A stretch of DNA of 64,000 nucleotides, from the NCBI GenBank assembly GCA_963719495.1, contig CAVRCI010000013.1:224001-288000 (forward strand), in the 5' to 3' direction. This DNA is from an uncultured Verrucomicrobiae bacterium (GTDB taxonomy: Bacteria; Verrucomicrobiota; Verrucomicrobiia; Chthoniobacterales; JAATET01). Position numbers and translations under genes: made by a program. The notes beneath the pieces are model-generated. The model worked only from the letters and a program-made list of their open reading frames with translations. It was not told where the DNA came from and ran no database searches. Below are positions 1 to 10,548 of this stretch, piece by piece; within the stretch, counting starts at the first letter, position 1, and each line of letters opens with the position of its first letter.

Positions 1-92
1 CAGCCAACAATTCCAATGTTCATAAAAAATCAGTGTCCATTCGTGTGAATCCGTAACCCATCGGTGGTTCCTCGCCCTCGGATCCAGACAAG

Positions 93-1868
93 TTACTCCG
101 TAATGATATCCCGGTAAGTCTTCCCCGTCGGGATCATCGGCAGCACGTGCTCCGTGTAAGGCACCGTCACGTCGAGCACGTAGGCCTCGTCGGAATCGAG
201 CATCCGCTGGATCGCGCCACGCAGGTCCTTCTTGTGACTCACCCGCTCGACCTTCACGCCGAAGCCCTCGCAGATCGTCACGTAGTCGGGGTAGATCCGC
301 TTGGTGTCCTTCGGATCACCCAGGAACGTGTGCCCGCGGTTGCTGCCGTAGAACCGATCCTCCCACTGCACCACCATGCCAAGGTGCTGATTGTTGAGAA
401 TGATCGCCTTCGCCGCGATCCCCTCGACGTGCGCCGTCGCCAGCTCCTGCACGTTCATGAGGAAGGAACCGTCACCGTCGATGTCGATCACCTGCCGGTC
501 CGGGCAGGCCACCTTCGCGCCGAGCGCCGCCGGATAGCCAAATCCCATCGCGCCGAGACCCGCCGAAGTCAGCAGACTGCGCGGCCGGTCGAAGTCGTAG
601 AACTGCGCGGCCCACATCTGATGCTGGCCCACCCCGGTCGTGATGATCGCTTCACCCTTCGTCATCTCGCAGAGCAGCTTGATCACCGACTGCGGCTGGA
701 TCACGTCGGGCGTGTCCTTGAATTTGAAAGGATTGTCGGCCTTCCACTGCGCGATCTGTTTCCGCCACGCGGGGTAAAGGTGGTCCTTCTTCGAAGACCG
801 CTTGAATCCCGCCTTGTCGAGCATCTGATTGGCCCGCCCGAGCGCGTATTTGAGATCGCTGAGGATCGGCAGCTTGACGGTCTTGTTCTTGTTCAGCTCC
901 GAGTTGTCGATGTCGATGTGGACGATCGTCCCGTGCTCGCAGAATTTCTCGACCTTGCCGGTCACCCGGTCGTCGAAGCGCACGCCGATCGCGAGGAGAA
1001 TGTCGGCCTCGTTCACCGCGTTGTTCGCGTAGACGGTCCCGTGCATCCCGAGCCACTTCAGCGACAACGGATGACTCTCCGGAAAACTCCCGATGCCCAT
1101 GAGTGTCGTCGCCACCGGGATCTGCGTCCGCTCGGCGAATTCCAGCAACTCCTCGGACGCGTTGCCCGAAATCACACCGCCGCCGCAATAGATCATCGGC
1201 CGCTCCGCCGTCGTGATCATCCCGATCATCTCGTTGAGCGCCACGTCGTCGGCCCTCTTGTCCACGTCGTATCCGCGGAACGCGATCGATTTTGGATAAA
1301 TCGGCTGCGCGAATCCGTTCTGAATGTTCTTCGGAATGTCCACGACCACCGGACCCGGCCGCCCGCTCTCCGCGATGTAAAACGCTTCCTTGATGATCCG
1401 CGGAATATCGTTGATGTCCATCACCAGGTAGCTGTGCTTCACCACCGGCAGCGTCATCCCGAAGAAATCCGTCTCCTGAAAAGCCCCGCGCCCGATCATC
1501 TCCTGCGGCACCTGGCCCGTCACCACGACCATCGGCACGGAGTCCATGAACGCGTCCGCGATGCCCGTCACCAGATTCGTCGCGCCCGGCCCCGACGTCG
1601 CCATGCACACACCCGCCCGCCCGGTCGCCCGACCGTAGGCCTCGGCGGCGAAAACTCCGCCCTGCTCGTGGCGCGGGAGGATGGTGCGGATTTTCTTCGA
1701 CCGCGTGAGCGATTGGTGGATCGGCATCGAGCAGCCGCCGGGGTAGGCGAAAATGACGTCCACGCCCTCGCGCTCGAGGCAGCTGACGAGAATGTCGGCC
1801 CCGTTCATCTTCTCCCCCCGATCGGGAGCTGCTTTCGCCGCGCTGCGAGTCGTCGTTTTGGTAGCCAT
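93..1868 (-). CDS. ilvB: Acetolactate synthase large subunit (biosynthetic)
   Basis: Motifs [27 protein letters not shown] and the TPP-binding GDGSFLMN...NN; start trimmed to the ATG at 1868. Confidence 0.95.
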   Translation of the reverse strand: MATKTTTRSAAKAAPDRGEKMNGADILVSCLEREGVDVIFAYPGGCSMPIHQSLTRSKKIRTILPRHEQGGVFAAEAYGRATGRAGVCMATSGPGATNLVTGIADAFMDSVPMVVVTGQVPQEMIGRGAFQETDFFGMTLPVVKHSYLVMDINDIPRIIKEAFYIAESGRPGPVVVDIPKNIQNGFAQPIYPKSIAFRGYDVDKRADDVALNEMIGMITTAERPMIYCGGGVISGNASEELLEFAERTQIPVATTLMGIGSFPESHPLSLKWLGMHGTVYANNAVNEADILLAIGVRFDDRVTGKVEKFCEHGTIVHIDIDNSELNKNKTVKLPILSDLKYALGRANQMLDKAGFKRSSKKDHLYPAWRKQIAQWKADNPFKFKDTPDVIQPQSVIKLLCEMTKGEAIITTGVGQHQMWAAQFYDFDRPRSLLTSAGLGAMGFGYPAALGAKVACPDRQVIDIDGDGSFLMNVQELATAHVEGIAAKAIILNNQHLGMVVQWEDRFYGSNRGHTFLGDPKDTKRIYPDYVTICEGFGVKVERVSHKKDLRGAIQRMLDSDEAYVLDVTVPYTEHVLPMIPTGKTYRDIITE

Positions 1869-1930
1869 AAGAACCCGGAAAATTGCCCGCGAACCCACAA
1901 GAGATCAAGTCCGAACGGCCCGTCGGCAGG

Positions 1931-2674
1931 TCAAAGCGCCGACCCCGCCCGCCCGCCCGCCGCCAACGCCGCGCGCAACCGCCCCTGCGCCGCCCGCCCC
2001 AATCGCACCGGCTCGGCCATCCCCGTCAGCCAAAGCAGGCCCTCGTCCCGCGACACCCGCCGCCACCGCGCGACCGCCCCCCGGTTCACCATCAGCGACC
2101 GATCCACCCGCACGAATCGATCCACCGGTAACGCCCGTTCGTAGCGCCCCAGCACTTGACCCACCAGCAGCGGAGGTTCTCCCGCGACGAACACCCGCGT
2201 GTAATCCCCCTCAGCACGCAGCGCCACGATCCGGTCCACGGCTGCCACGACCGTCCGCCCCGGGAGCCGCAGACAGATGCGATCGTCCGCAACGTAACCG
2301 CCCGGCCAATCCCCGTCCGCCCCGCAGGCCGCCCGCAGCCGCTCCACCGCCACCCCCAGCCGCGCGACCCGAACGGGCTTCAACAAATAATCGACCGCGT
2401 CCACCACGAAAGCCCGCACCGCGTGCTCGGCGTGCGCCGTCACGAAGACGACCTTCGGCCCCTCCTTCCGCCCCTCGAGCAACCGGAACCCGTCCGCCCC
2501 CGGCATCTGCACGTCCAGAAAGATCCCGTCCGGCTTCTCCCGATCCAAAGCCTCGCCAGCCGCCGCGACCCCGTCCGCCTCCGCCACGACTTCCACGTCC
2601 GGAAACGTCGCCAACGCCCGCCGGAGCGCCTGCCGCGCCAGCCGCTCGTCATCCACCAGCATCACCCGAAGCAC
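1931..2674 (-). CDS. LytTR-family DNA-binding response regulator
   Basis: Receiver motifs VDDE, FLDVQMPG, FVTA, DYLLKP followed by a LytTR domain (AEGDYT, FVRVDRSLMVN); GTG start at 2674 overlaps the kinase stop. Confidence 0.9.
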   Translation of the reverse strand: MLRVMLVDDERLARQALRRALATFPDVEVVAEADGVAAAGEALDREKPDGIFLDVQMPGADGFRLLEGRKEGPKVVFVTAHAEHAVRAFVVDAVDYLLKPVRVARLGVAVERLRAACGADGDWPGGYVADDRICLRLPGRTVVAAVDRIVALRAEGDYTRVFVAGEPPLLVGQVLGRYERALPVDRFVRVDRSLMVNRGAVARWRRVSRDEGLLWLTGMAEPVRLGRAAQGRLRAALAAGGRAGSAL

Positions 2675-3690
2675 GGCTCGCCCTCCAAGCTCAACGAAGC
2701 TGTCACCACGCCATCGGATTGACTCAGCTCGAATCCCGACCGGCCCGGATAATGCAGTTCCAGCCGCCGCCGCAGCGTCTCCAGCCCCACCCCCTCCCGC
2801 ACCTCCAACGTCGCCGGGAGCCGCCCCGGATTCGACACCTCGATCCGCAACCGCTCGCCCGCGCAACCCGCCACGACCTTCACCTCGCAGCGCTCCGCCG
2901 CCAGACCGTGCTTCACCGCGTTCTCGATCAGCGGCTGCAGTAGGAAACTCGGCACCGTCCGATCCCTCGCCGCCGTCTCGACCTCGATCACGGCCTCCAT
3001 CCAATCCCCGTAGCGCGCCTGCTCGATCCGCAGAAACGCCACCATCGCGTCGATCTCCGTCGCCAGCGGGGTCACCAACCGATGGCGCTGATCCAACGAA
3101 TACCGCAGATAATCAGACAGCTCGTGCACCATCTCCTCCGCGACCGCCGGTTGATTCGGGATCTCCGCCGCGATGTTGTTGAGCGAATTAAAGAGAAAAT
3201 GTGGATCCAGTTGCGACCTCAGCAGATCCAGTTCCGTCCGCTCCGCCTGCTCCATCGCCCGATCCGCCAGCCGCGTCGAACGCCGCGCGAAAAACGCCAG
3301 ACTCCACGCCAGAAACGCGAACCAGCTAAAGACCAACCGCAGCAGCCATTCCTCGCGCGGCGACCAGTTTGTCGGCGTCTGCCCCGTCAAATCCGACCAG
3401 ATCAGTGCCAGCACCGTCACGAACAACCCGGCCGCCAGGCTCACCCCGACAATCAGTGCCGCCGTTGGCACGCCGAAGGGCTTCCGCAGCGACGACCGCC
3501 GATAGATCCTGTTCAGTGCGCCGGACAAAACAAATGCCGCCGGTTCCAGCAGCAACGTGAAGGACAGCGCCTCGCCCCAACTCTTGAACAACAACACGCG
3601 GATCAAAAACGCCGCCATCGCAAATCCACCCCAGGCCAGCGCGTTCCACCGCCAGAAATTCCCGGTTTGATCCGAACGCCACGCCAGCAT
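2662..3690 (-). CDS. LytS/YehU-type membrane sensor histidine kinase
   Basis: About 4 N-terminal TM segments, then LRSQLDPHFLFNSLN, LQPLIENAVKHG and GVGL motifs. Confidence 0.92.
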   Translation of the reverse strand: MLAWRSDQTGNFWRWNALAWGGFAMAAFLIRVLLFKSWGEALSFTLLLEPAAFVLSGALNRIYRRSSLRKPFGVPTAALIVGVSLAAGLFVTVLALIWSDLTGQTPTNWSPREEWLLRLVFSWFAFLAWSLAFFARRSTRLADRAMEQAERTELDLLRSQLDPHFLFNSLNNIAAEIPNQPAVAEEMVHELSDYLRYSLDQRHRLVTPLATEIDAMVAFLRIEQARYGDWMEAVIEVETAARDRTVPSFLLQPLIENAVKHGLAAERCEVKVVAGCAGERLRIEVSNPGRLPATLEVREGVGLETLRRRLELHYPGRSGFELSQSDGVVTASLSLEGEPCFG

Positions 3691-3734
3691 CGCGCGACAC
3701 TACTCACGCCCGCGGCGAACAAGCGACGTCAACG

Positions 3735-3787
3735 GCCCGATTCGGCGATTTTTTTGCCCGATTCGTCGAATTTAAAGATACATTCGT
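3735..3787 (+). promoter_or_regulatory. Putative LytTR operator: direct repeats at a 21-bp period
   Basis: GCCCGATTCGGCGA at 3735, GCCCGATTCGTCGA at 3756 and a third ATTCGT core at 3782; a ~21-22 bp period is typical of LytTR sites. Confidence 0.6.
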
Positions 3788-3811
3788 TTCGTTCGCTGCA
3801 ACCATTGGCGA

Positions 3812-6800
3812 ATGCGATTCGCTAACCTCCGTTCCGCCTCCTTCCTCTCGCTCGCAATTTTCTCCCTCGCGTCCATCCATTCAGCCTCGGCGCACGGCTC
3901 CATGGCCGATCCGCTCAGTCGATCCTACGCCGTCTTCCTCGGCAATCCCCAGTCCCCCGACAACCCCGCCCACGCCGCGGCCATCGCCGCCGCCGGCACC
4001 CAGGCCTTCTACGATTGGCACGAGGTCAACGGCCTGTTTCCCGGCCGCGATTACCAGACCCGCATCCCCGATGGCCAGCTCCCCGGCGTCGGTCGCGCCA
4101 AATACGCCGGCCTCAACCTCGCCCGCACCGATTGGCCGACCACCCCCGTCGCCCCCGGCCCCTACGCCTGCACGTTCTTCGCCCCCACCCCGCACGAACC
4201 TTCCACCTTCGAACTCTACCTCACCAAACCCGGCTACGATCCGACCCAGCCCATCAAGTGGTCCGACCTCCAACGGCTCCCCGACCCGACCGACCTCCGC
4301 CTTGAAGGAGCCAACTACCGCTTCACCGCCCAATTCCCGCAACGGACTGGTCATCACGTCCTCTACGTCATCTGGCAGCGCATCGACCCCGCCGGCGAAG
4401 CCTTCTTTTCCACCAGTGACCTCCTCTTCTCGGGATCCGGGACCAACCCCACGCCAACTCCCACTCCCGCCCCAACCCCCACGCCGCAGCCGACTCCACA
4501 GACGACCCTTTCGACGCTCGAAATCACCAGCGACTGGGGCAGCGGCTTCGTCGGACGCATCACGACCGAAAATCCCACTCACTCGCCGCTCAACGGCTGG
4601 ACGCTGCAGTTCGATCTGCCCCGCGACATCGTCAATCTCTGGGACGCCGTGATCGTCTCCCACGTCGGCGACACCTACACGGTTCGCAACGCCAGTTGGA
4701 ACGGCAACGTCGCCGCCCATGGCTCGTTTGCGTTCGGGTTCCAAGCCGCCGGCGGCGACGGGAACCTCCAACCCACCAACGTCCGACTCCTCTCCGCCGG
4801 AGCGCCCACTCCGACTCCGACGCCCGCTCCCTCTCCGAGTCCCACGCCAAACCCAACACCGGTTCCAACTCCGACTCCAACTCCCACGCCAACTCCCACG
4901 CCGACTCCAACTCCAACTCCAACTCCAACTCCCACGCCGACTCCAACTCCGACTCCAACTCCAACTCCGACTCCGACTCCAACTCCCACGCCAATTCCCG
5001 GCTCACCGAACACGACCGTCAATCTTGGGTCCGCACTCGTCACCTTCACCGTTAACAACGACTGGGGTGGCGGCTTCGAAGGACAGGTGTCCGTGAAGAA
5101 CCTCACCTCGACCACACTCCGCGCTTGGAACGTCTCCTTCGACCTGCCTCGAACCATCGCGAACGTCTGGAACGCCCGCATCGCGTCCCAGTCCGGCTCC
5201 ACCTTCCGCTTCAACGCCAAGACCTTTTCCTGGAACCGCGACATCCGACCCGGTGCCACCGTTTCCTTCGGGTTCATCGGCTCCGCCGGGAACCTCCGCA
5301 CCTCGCCCACGAACTTCGCCTTCTCCTCCAGCGGCGCCGTTCCAAACCCAACGCCAACGCCAACGCCAACGCCAACGCCAACGCCAACTCCCACTCCCAC
5401 TCCCACTCCCACTCCGACGCCAACGCCCACTCCCACTCCCACCCCAACTCCCACTCCGACGCCCACTCCGACGCCCACACCAACGCCCACACCAACGCCA
5501 ACTCCCACCCCGGGCAGCTTCAACTACGGCGAAGTCCTCCAGAAATCCCTCTACTTCTACGAAGCCCAACGTTCCGGTGCTCTTCCCGCCGACACCCGCG
5601 TCGTCTGGCGCGGTGACTCCGCCCTTGGCGACGGCTCCGACGTCGGCGTCGACCTCACCGGTGGCTACTACGACGCCGGCGATCACGTCAAATTCGCCCT
5701 CCCCATGTTCGGCTCGCTCACCCTCCTCGCGTGGGGCGGCATCGAATACCCCGCTGGCTACGGCACCGAGCGCGACGCGCTCCTCGCCACCGTCCGCTGG
5801 GGCACCGACTGGATCCTCGAGGCCAACCCCGCCCCCAACGTCCTCTACGGTCAGGTCGGCAACGGCGGTCTCGACCACGCCTACTGGGGACCGGCCGAGA
5901 CGATGACGATGGCCCGCCCGGCCTACGCGATCACCGCGCAAAAACCCGGCACCGAGATCGCCGGCGAAGCCGCCGCCGCCCTCGCCGCCTCCTCGATGCT
6001 CTTCCGCAATGACGATCCGACCTACGCCGCCACGCTCCTCGCCCGCGCCCGCCAGCTCTACACTTTCGCCGATACCCACCGCGGCACCTACACGGCGGCA
6101 ATCCCCGACGCCGCGGCCTACTACAATTCCTACTCCGGCTACGACGACGAACTCCTCTGGGCCGCCGTCTGGCTTCACCGCGCCACCGGCGAAGCCCCCT
6201 ACCTCCAGGCCGCCGAATCCCTCTTCACGCAAAAATTCGCGACCGCCACCCCGCGTTGGACCCACAACTGGGACGACAAAGGCTACGGTGCCGCCCTCCT
6301 CCTCGCCCAACTCACCGGCAAACCCGTTTACAAGACGATGACCGAGCGCTTCCTGAACTATTGGACCACCGGCGACAACGGTGCCCGCGTCACCTACACG
6401 CCCGGCGGCCTCGCCTGGCTCGCCCAGTGGGGATCCCTCCGCTACGCCACCACCACCGCCTTCCTCGCCGGCCTCTACGCCGACCGCGTCCGCGACGTCG
6501 GCACCCGCTACGCCGACTTTGCCAAGCGCCAGGTCGACTACGCCCTCGGCGACAACCCCGCCAACCGCTCCTACGTCGTCGGCTTCGGCAACAATCCTCC
6601 CATCAATCCCCACCACCGCACCGCCCACGGCTCCTGGGCGAACTCGATCACCAACCCCACCGACAACCGCCACATCCTCTACGGCGCCCTCGTCGGCGGA
6701 CCCTCCTCCGCCTCCGACACCGCCTACGTCGACGACCGCACGAACTTCATCACCAACGAAGTCGCCCTCGATTACAACGCCGGCTTCACCGGCGCCCTCG

Positions 6801-7330
6801 CCCGACTCCGCCAAATCCACGGCGGCAACCCACTCGCGAATTTTCCGCCGACGGAACTCCCCGACGACGAGTTCTTCGTCGAGGCCAGCATCAACCAGCA
6901 GAACTCGAACTTCACCGAGATCCGCGCCCTCCTGAACAACCGCTCCGCCTTCCCGGCCGGCGCGTCCGACTTCCTCTCCTTCCGCTACTACCTCGACCTC
7001 TCGGAACTCCTCGCCACCGGCTACCAACCCACCGACCTCGTCGTCACCTCCGCCTACAACCAAGGCGCGACCGTCACCGGCCCGATCCTCCACGACGCCG
7101 CCCGCCAGCTCTACTACCTCTCGGTCGACTTCACCGGCACGCGGCTCGCCCCCGGCAGCAGCCAAACTTTCCGCAAGGAAATCCAATTCCGCATCGCCGC
7201 GCCGACGACCGCCGCGTGGAACCCCACCAACGACCCATCCTACCAAGGTCTCGCCACCGGCACCCCCCGGAAGACCGCCACCATCCCCGTCTTCCAAGGC
7301 ACCGAACTCCTCGAAGGCACCGTCCCCTGA
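3812..7330 (+). CDS. Secreted multimodular enzyme: AA10 LPMO - CBM2 - CBM2 - GH9 cellulase - CBM3c
   Basis: Signal peptide ending ASA|H (His1 at 3893), second His in PTPHEP, WQRID..EAFF; two CBM2 domains (DWGxGF..W..WN); PT linkers; GH9 motifs [12 protein letters not shown] and [11 protein letters not shown]-terminal CBM3c ([15 protein letters not shown]). Confidence 0.92.
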   Translation: MRFANLRSASFLSLAIFSLASIHSASAHGSMADPLSRSYAVFLGNPQSPDNPAHAAAIAAAGTQAFYDWHEVNGLFPGRDYQTRIPDGQLPGVGRAKYAGLNLARTDWPTTPVAPGPYACTFFAPTPHEPSTFELYLTKPGYDPTQPIKWSDLQRLPDPTDLRLEGANYRFTAQFPQRTGHHVLYVIWQRIDPAGEAFFSTSDLLFSGSGTNPTPTPTPAPTPTPQPTPQTTLSTLEITSDWGSGFVGRITTENPTHSPLNGWTLQFDLPRDIVNLWDAVIVSHVGDTYTVRNASWNGNVAAHGSFAFGFQAAGGDGNLQPTNVRLLSAGAPTPTPTPAPSPSPTPNPTPVPTPTPTPTPTPTPTPTPTPTPTPTPTPTPTPTPTPTPTPTPTPIPGSPNTTVNLGSALVTFTVNNDWGGGFEGQVSVKNLTSTTLRAWNVSFDLPRTIANVWNARIASQSGSTFRFNAKTFSWNRDIRPGATVSFGFIGSAGNLRTSPTNFAFSSSGAVPNPTPTPTPTPTPTPTPTPTPTPTPTPTPTPTPTPTPTPTPTPTPTPTPTPTPTPTPGSFNYGEVLQKSLYFYEAQRSGALPADTRVVWRGDSALGDGSDVGVDLTGGYYDAGDHVKFALPMFGSLTLLAWGGIEYPAGYGTERDALLATVRWGTDWILEANPAPNVLYGQVGNGGLDHAYWGPAETMTMARPAYAITAQKPGTEIAGEAAAALAASSMLFRNDDPTYAATLLARARQLYTFADTHRGTYTAAIPDAAAYYNSYSGYDDELLWAAVWLHRATGEAPYLQAAESLFTQKFATATPRWTHNWDDKGYGAALLLAQLTGKPVYKTMTERFLNYWTTGDNGARVTYTPGGLAWLAQWGSLRYATTTAFLAGLYADRVRDVGTRYADFAKRQVDYALGDNPANRSYVVGFGNNPPINPHHRTAHGSWANSITNPTDNRHILYGALVGGPSSASDTAYVDDRTNFITNEVALDYNAGFTGALARLRQIHGGNPLANFPPTELPDDEFFVEASINQQNSNFTEIRALLNNRSAFPAGASDFLSFRYYLDLSELLATGYQPTDLVVTSAYNQGATVTGPILHDAARQLYYLSVDFTGTRLAPGSSQTFRKEIQFRIAAPTTAAWNPTNDPSYQGLATGTPRKTATIPVFQGTELLEGTVP
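4805..4997 (+). repeat. Pro-Thr linker hexanucleotide repeat
   Basis: (CCNACN)n encoding PTPT between the two CBM2 domains. Confidence 0.9.
5345..5511 (+). repeat. Pro-Thr linker hexanucleotide repeat
   Basis: (CCNACN)n encoding PTPT between CBM2 and GH9. Confidence 0.9.
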
Positions 7331-7357
7331 GAGTGCGCTCTGGAGCCACCCCCGGCA

Positions 7358-7380
7358 GGGCGAGGCTCCCGCCGAGCCGT
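7358..7380. repeat. REP-like palindrome, family C (GGCGAGGCTCCCGCCGAGCC)
   Basis: Related copies at about 30162, and inverted at about 40949 and 57919. Confidence 0.7.
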
Positions 7381-7452
7381 GGCAAAATCCGCAAACCCGC
7401 CGCCGCGCACGAGAGTTGACGAATCCCCGCCAGTCTTCTACGCCTCGCCCGG

Positions 7453-8133
7453 ATGTCACTCAAAGTCCTGCTCGCCAACAATCGCCGCTGGTCCGACGAC
7501 ATTCGCGCCGCCAACCCCGGGTTTTTCCCCGGCCTCGCCCGCCAGCAGAATCCCGATTACCTCTGGATCGGGTGCGCCGACAGCCGCGTGCCCGCCAACG
7601 AAATCGTCGGGCTCCCACCCGGCGAGATTTTCGTCCACCGCAACGTCGCCAACCTCGTCGGCACCACGGATTTCAATTGCCTCGCCGTCGTCGAGTTCGC
7701 CGTCCTCATCCTCAAGGTCAAACACATCATCGTCTGCGGCCACTACGGCTGCGGCGGGGTCAAGGCCGCCTTCGAGCGCCACCAGATCGGACTCATCGAC
7801 AACTGGCTCCACCCCATTACGCTCATCGCCGAGAAGCACCGCCCGCTCATCGACGAAACCCCCGACCCCGAACGCCAGCTCCGCGTCCTCTGCGAGCTCA
7901 ACGTCGTCGAGCAGGTCCGCACCCTCTGCACCACCTCGCTCCTCCGCGACGCCTGGCTCGCCGGTCAGGAACTCTCGATCCACGGCGTCGTCTACGGCCT
8001 CAAGGACGGTCTCCTCCACGATCTGAACACCACCGTCACCGACTCCGACGGCATCGGCCCGGGCTGCGACCGCGCCGTCGCCGGCATCGCCACCCGGCTC
8101 AGGAACGGGACGCCCACGCCACCAGACCGCTGA
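7453..8133 (+). CDS. can: Beta-class carbonic anhydrase
   Basis: CADSR and GHYGCGG Zn-binding motifs; FVHRNVAN. Confidence 0.93.
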   Translation: MSLKVLLANNRRWSDDIRAANPGFFPGLARQQNPDYLWIGCADSRVPANEIVGLPPGEIFVHRNVANLVGTTDFNCLAVVEFAVLILKVKHIIVCGHYGCGGVKAAFERHQIGLIDNWLHPITLIAEKHRPLIDETPDPERQLRVLCELNVVEQVRTLCTTSLLRDAWLAGQELSIHGVVYGLKDGLLHDLNTTVTDSDGIGPGCDRAVAGIATRLRNGTPTPPDR

Positions 8134-8737
8134 CGAGCGCGTCCTTCGTCGCAAACGTCCGCCCGAGCTCCCCGGCGCGACCGAGCAGCCCGAAGCCCGG
8201 CCCAAACGCCGCCCCGTTCACCACGCAGGCGTCCGTCCGCGCTTCGGCCAACTGACGCCGACCCGCCGCCAGCGCGTCCTCGCGCCCACCGACCAGCTCG
8301 TATTTCCAACCCACGATCCGCGCCCGCGGGAACCAATCCCGCAACGAGACGATCACCTTCGCCGCCGGTTCCAAGCGCAGCGTGATCGCGCCGGAGCGGC
8401 TCGAGATTTTCGCGGAATCGAGCGCACGCCCCGCCGCGTCCTCGACCGCCGCGAGCACGAAATCCGCCAGCGCCGCCGCGTGAAAAACGACGTCCGCCTC
8501 GCGCCAGACGAGCGCCGCCGCCAGCTCATCGTTCGTCTCGAAATCCACCCGCTCCACGCCCACGTCGAGCGCCACCCCGGCCGTCGCCGCCACCGACCGA
8601 AAGCAAATGACCTCCCACCCAGCCGCCGCGAGCCCGTTCGCCAGCCGCATCCCCAGCTCGCCGGTCGAGAAATTCGAAATCCGCCGCACCCCGTCGATCG
8701 GCACCACCCCCGGCCCACAAGTCACCAACGCCCGCAT
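8099..8737 (-). CDS. coaB: Phosphopantothenate-cysteine ligase (stand-alone CoaB/DFP domain)
   Basis: LVTCGP..PIDGVRRISNFSTG, HAAALADF and VGWKYE motifs. Confidence 0.8.
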   Translation of the reverse strand: MRALVTCGPGVVPIDGVRRISNFSTGELGMRLANGLAAAGWEVICFRSVAATAGVALDVGVERVDFETNDELAAALVWREADVVFHAAALADFVLAAVEDAAGRALDSAKISSRSGAITLRLEPAAKVIVSLRDWFPRARIVGWKYELVGGREDALAAGRRQLAEARTDACVVNGAAFGPGFGLLGRAGELGRTFATKDALVSGLVAWASRS

Positions 8738-8750
8738 ATTTTTAATTCAA

Positions 8751-8774
8751 GGAGCGGCGGCTTCCAGCCGCCGA
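8751..8774. repeat. REP-like palindrome, family B (GGAGCGGCG...CGCCGA)
   Basis: Related copies at 16433, 28639 and 40831. Confidence 0.7.
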
Positions 8775-8837
8775 AGTTTCAAACCACCAAGCACGCCGAC
8801 CTCATACCACACCCTCCCGCCCAACCTGAAGAAAGCT

Positions 8838-8865
8838 TTGACACGCCCCGTGCCGATATTAATTT
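8838..8865 (+). promoter_or_regulatory. Sigma70-like promoter of the bactofilin pair
   Basis: TTGACA (8838) - 16 nt - TAATTT. Confidence 0.45.
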
Positions 8866-8908
8866 GCGAGACCGGATTCCGGACCATTTCTCTTTCCTAA
8901 AAAATCTC

Positions 8909-9406
8909 ATGAACCTCAATAAACTCGCATCCAGCCCCACTCCGGAACCCGCACCCATGGGTGGCTCCGGCAAGAACGTTCTCGCCAACGACGTCGAGAT
9001 CAAGGGCACCATCAAATTCGACAACGAACTCATCTGCGACGGTAAAGTCGAAGGCGAGATTCTCTCCGACGGCGTCCTCGTCATCGGCAAGAACGCCGTG
9101 GTTCGCGGCGAAGTCATGACCAAGGCCGTCACCGTTCACGGCACCGTCCTCGGCAACATCACCGTCACCGAGAAGGCCGAGCTCAAAGCCAGCTCGCAGC
9201 TCACCGGCGACCTCACCGCCTCCCGCATCGTCATCGAGGAAGGTGCCACCTTCGTCGGCAAATCCGAAGTCACTCCGAACAAAAATTCGAGCCGCCCCGC
9301 ACCGACCAAGCCAGCGGACTCCCCGCCGTCCTCCGATTCGAAATCCGGTTCCCCGAACCAACCCGCCTCGCAGCCGGACCGGGCCAAGGAAGTCGCCAAC
9401 GCCTAA
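8909..9406 (+). CDS. Bactofilin (polymer-forming cytoskeletal protein)
   Basis: VEIKGTIKF..ICDGKVEGEI..VRGEV..VHGTVLGNI..LTGDL..IEEGATFVG beta-helix pattern; disordered tail. Confidence 0.9.
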   Translation: MNLNKLASSPTPEPAPMGGSGKNVLANDVEIKGTIKFDNELICDGKVEGEILSDGVLVIGKNAVVRGEVMTKAVTVHGTVLGNITVTEKAELKASSQLTGDLTASRIVIEEGATFVGKSEVTPNKNSSRPAPTKPADSPPSSDSKSGSPNQPASQPDRAKEVANA

Positions 9407-9455
9407 CCGGCGTCTGACCACCGCTCCGCGCTCCGCCAGCGCCGGGATTTGACCA

Positions 9456-10241
9456 ATGTTTGGCGCAATCCGAAAAATTCCGACCACGTGCCCGCACTGC
9501 GGATTCGTTCAAAACGAACCCGCGGCGCTCCTCTCCACGTTCTGCCGGAGCTGCGGCGACCACTACTCGACCACCGCCGCGCCGCCGAACCCGGCCGCCA
9601 TCCCGGTCACCATCCCCGCGGCCCTCAGGGCTCAGACGAGAACTGTCGACTGCGCCGGTTGCGGCCTCGACCACACCGTCTCCGCCCAAATCCACTCGTC
9701 ACGCTGCCCCACCTGCGGCACCGAGACCCACCTCTCCGACGTTCACATCACCAGCCACTTCGCCCGCCCGGTCGACACCCGTGGCACGATCCACGTCGCC
9801 CGCACCGGTTACCTCAATGCCCCCCACACCCGCTGCGCGAACGCCCGCATCGAGGGCCAATTTTCCGGACGCATCGACTGCGCCGGCACCCTGCGTATCC
9901 GAGGCGAAGGCATCTGCCGCGCCCGCATCGAGACCCGCACCCTCATCATCGACCGCGGGAGCGACTTCCGCTTCGCCTTCCCCATCCGGGCCGACGAAAT
10001 CCTCATCCGCGGCCACGTCGAAGCCGACATTTTCTGCCCCGGCACCATCCGCGTCGGCCGCTACGGCTGGCTCGACGGCGACGTCCACACCCGCTCCCTC
10101 ATCGTCGACAAAGGCGGCGCCTACGAAGGCTCCGTCGAGGTCGCCACCACGATCATCGACAACTACCCCCGGGCCGGCGCCATCCGCCCACCGGAAATCA
10201 AAGTCCTCCCCGCCTGGCAATCCATCTTCGCCACCGCGTAG
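9456..10241 (+). CDS. Double zinc-ribbon plus bactofilin-domain protein
   Basis: Four CxxC motifs (CPHC, CRSC, CAGC, CPTC) followed by bactofilin-like repeats ending VDKGGAYEG. Confidence 0.75.
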   Translation: MFGAIRKIPTTCPHCGFVQNEPAALLSTFCRSCGDHYSTTAAPPNPAAIPVTIPAALRAQTRTVDCAGCGLDHTVSAQIHSSRCPTCGTETHLSDVHITSHFARPVDTRGTIHVARTGYLNAPHTRCANARIEGQFSGRIDCAGTLRIRGEGICRARIETRTLIIDRGSDFRFAFPIRADEILIRGHVEADIFCPGTIRVGRYGWLDGDVHTRSLIVDKGGAYEGSVEVATTIIDNYPRAGAIRPPEIKVLPAWQSIFATA

Positions 10242-10248
10242 GAAGTTG

Positions 10249-10515
10249 GGGAGCGCACGCGTCCCCGCGTGCGAGCGACGGCGTCCCGCCGAAGCACCCG
10301 GCAAGTCGAGCGAAGCGAGAGAGCCAAACGCATCCAACAAGACTGTCATGTTGAGCGAAGCGAAACATCTCTGGCTGACACTCATTCACAGCGCGAACTA
10401 CGGAGTGTAAGTCAGAGATTCTTCACTTCGTTCAGAATGACAAAATGGGTTCCCACCGGGGGTCTCCGCTCCGCTCCGGCCTCCAGCCCGTGGCGTCGGG
10501 CTTCCAGCCCAACGC
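10249..10515. repeat. Composite REP cluster (family A GGGAGCGCACGCGTCCC..., family D TGTCATGTTGAGCGAAGCGAA...TTCAGAATGACA)
   Basis: Family A also at 22841, 28554, 35877 and 40989; family D also at 25840-26013 and 40876. Confidence 0.75.
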
Positions 10516-10548
10516 CACCAACCCAAACGCGAAGCGTCCAACTACTAA

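Noticed and set aside
147..2144. Long antisense or alternative-frame ORFs (also 5003-7459, 32917-34395, 41236-43533, 44067-46958 and others)
   Set aside because: Shadow ORFs of real genes in high-GC DNA; Arg/Pro/Gly-rich with no recognisable motifs
4805..5511. Tandem repeats as a possible CRISPR array or VG/LE-repeat proteins
   Set aside because: These are Pro-Thr linker codons; there are no spacers and no cas genes
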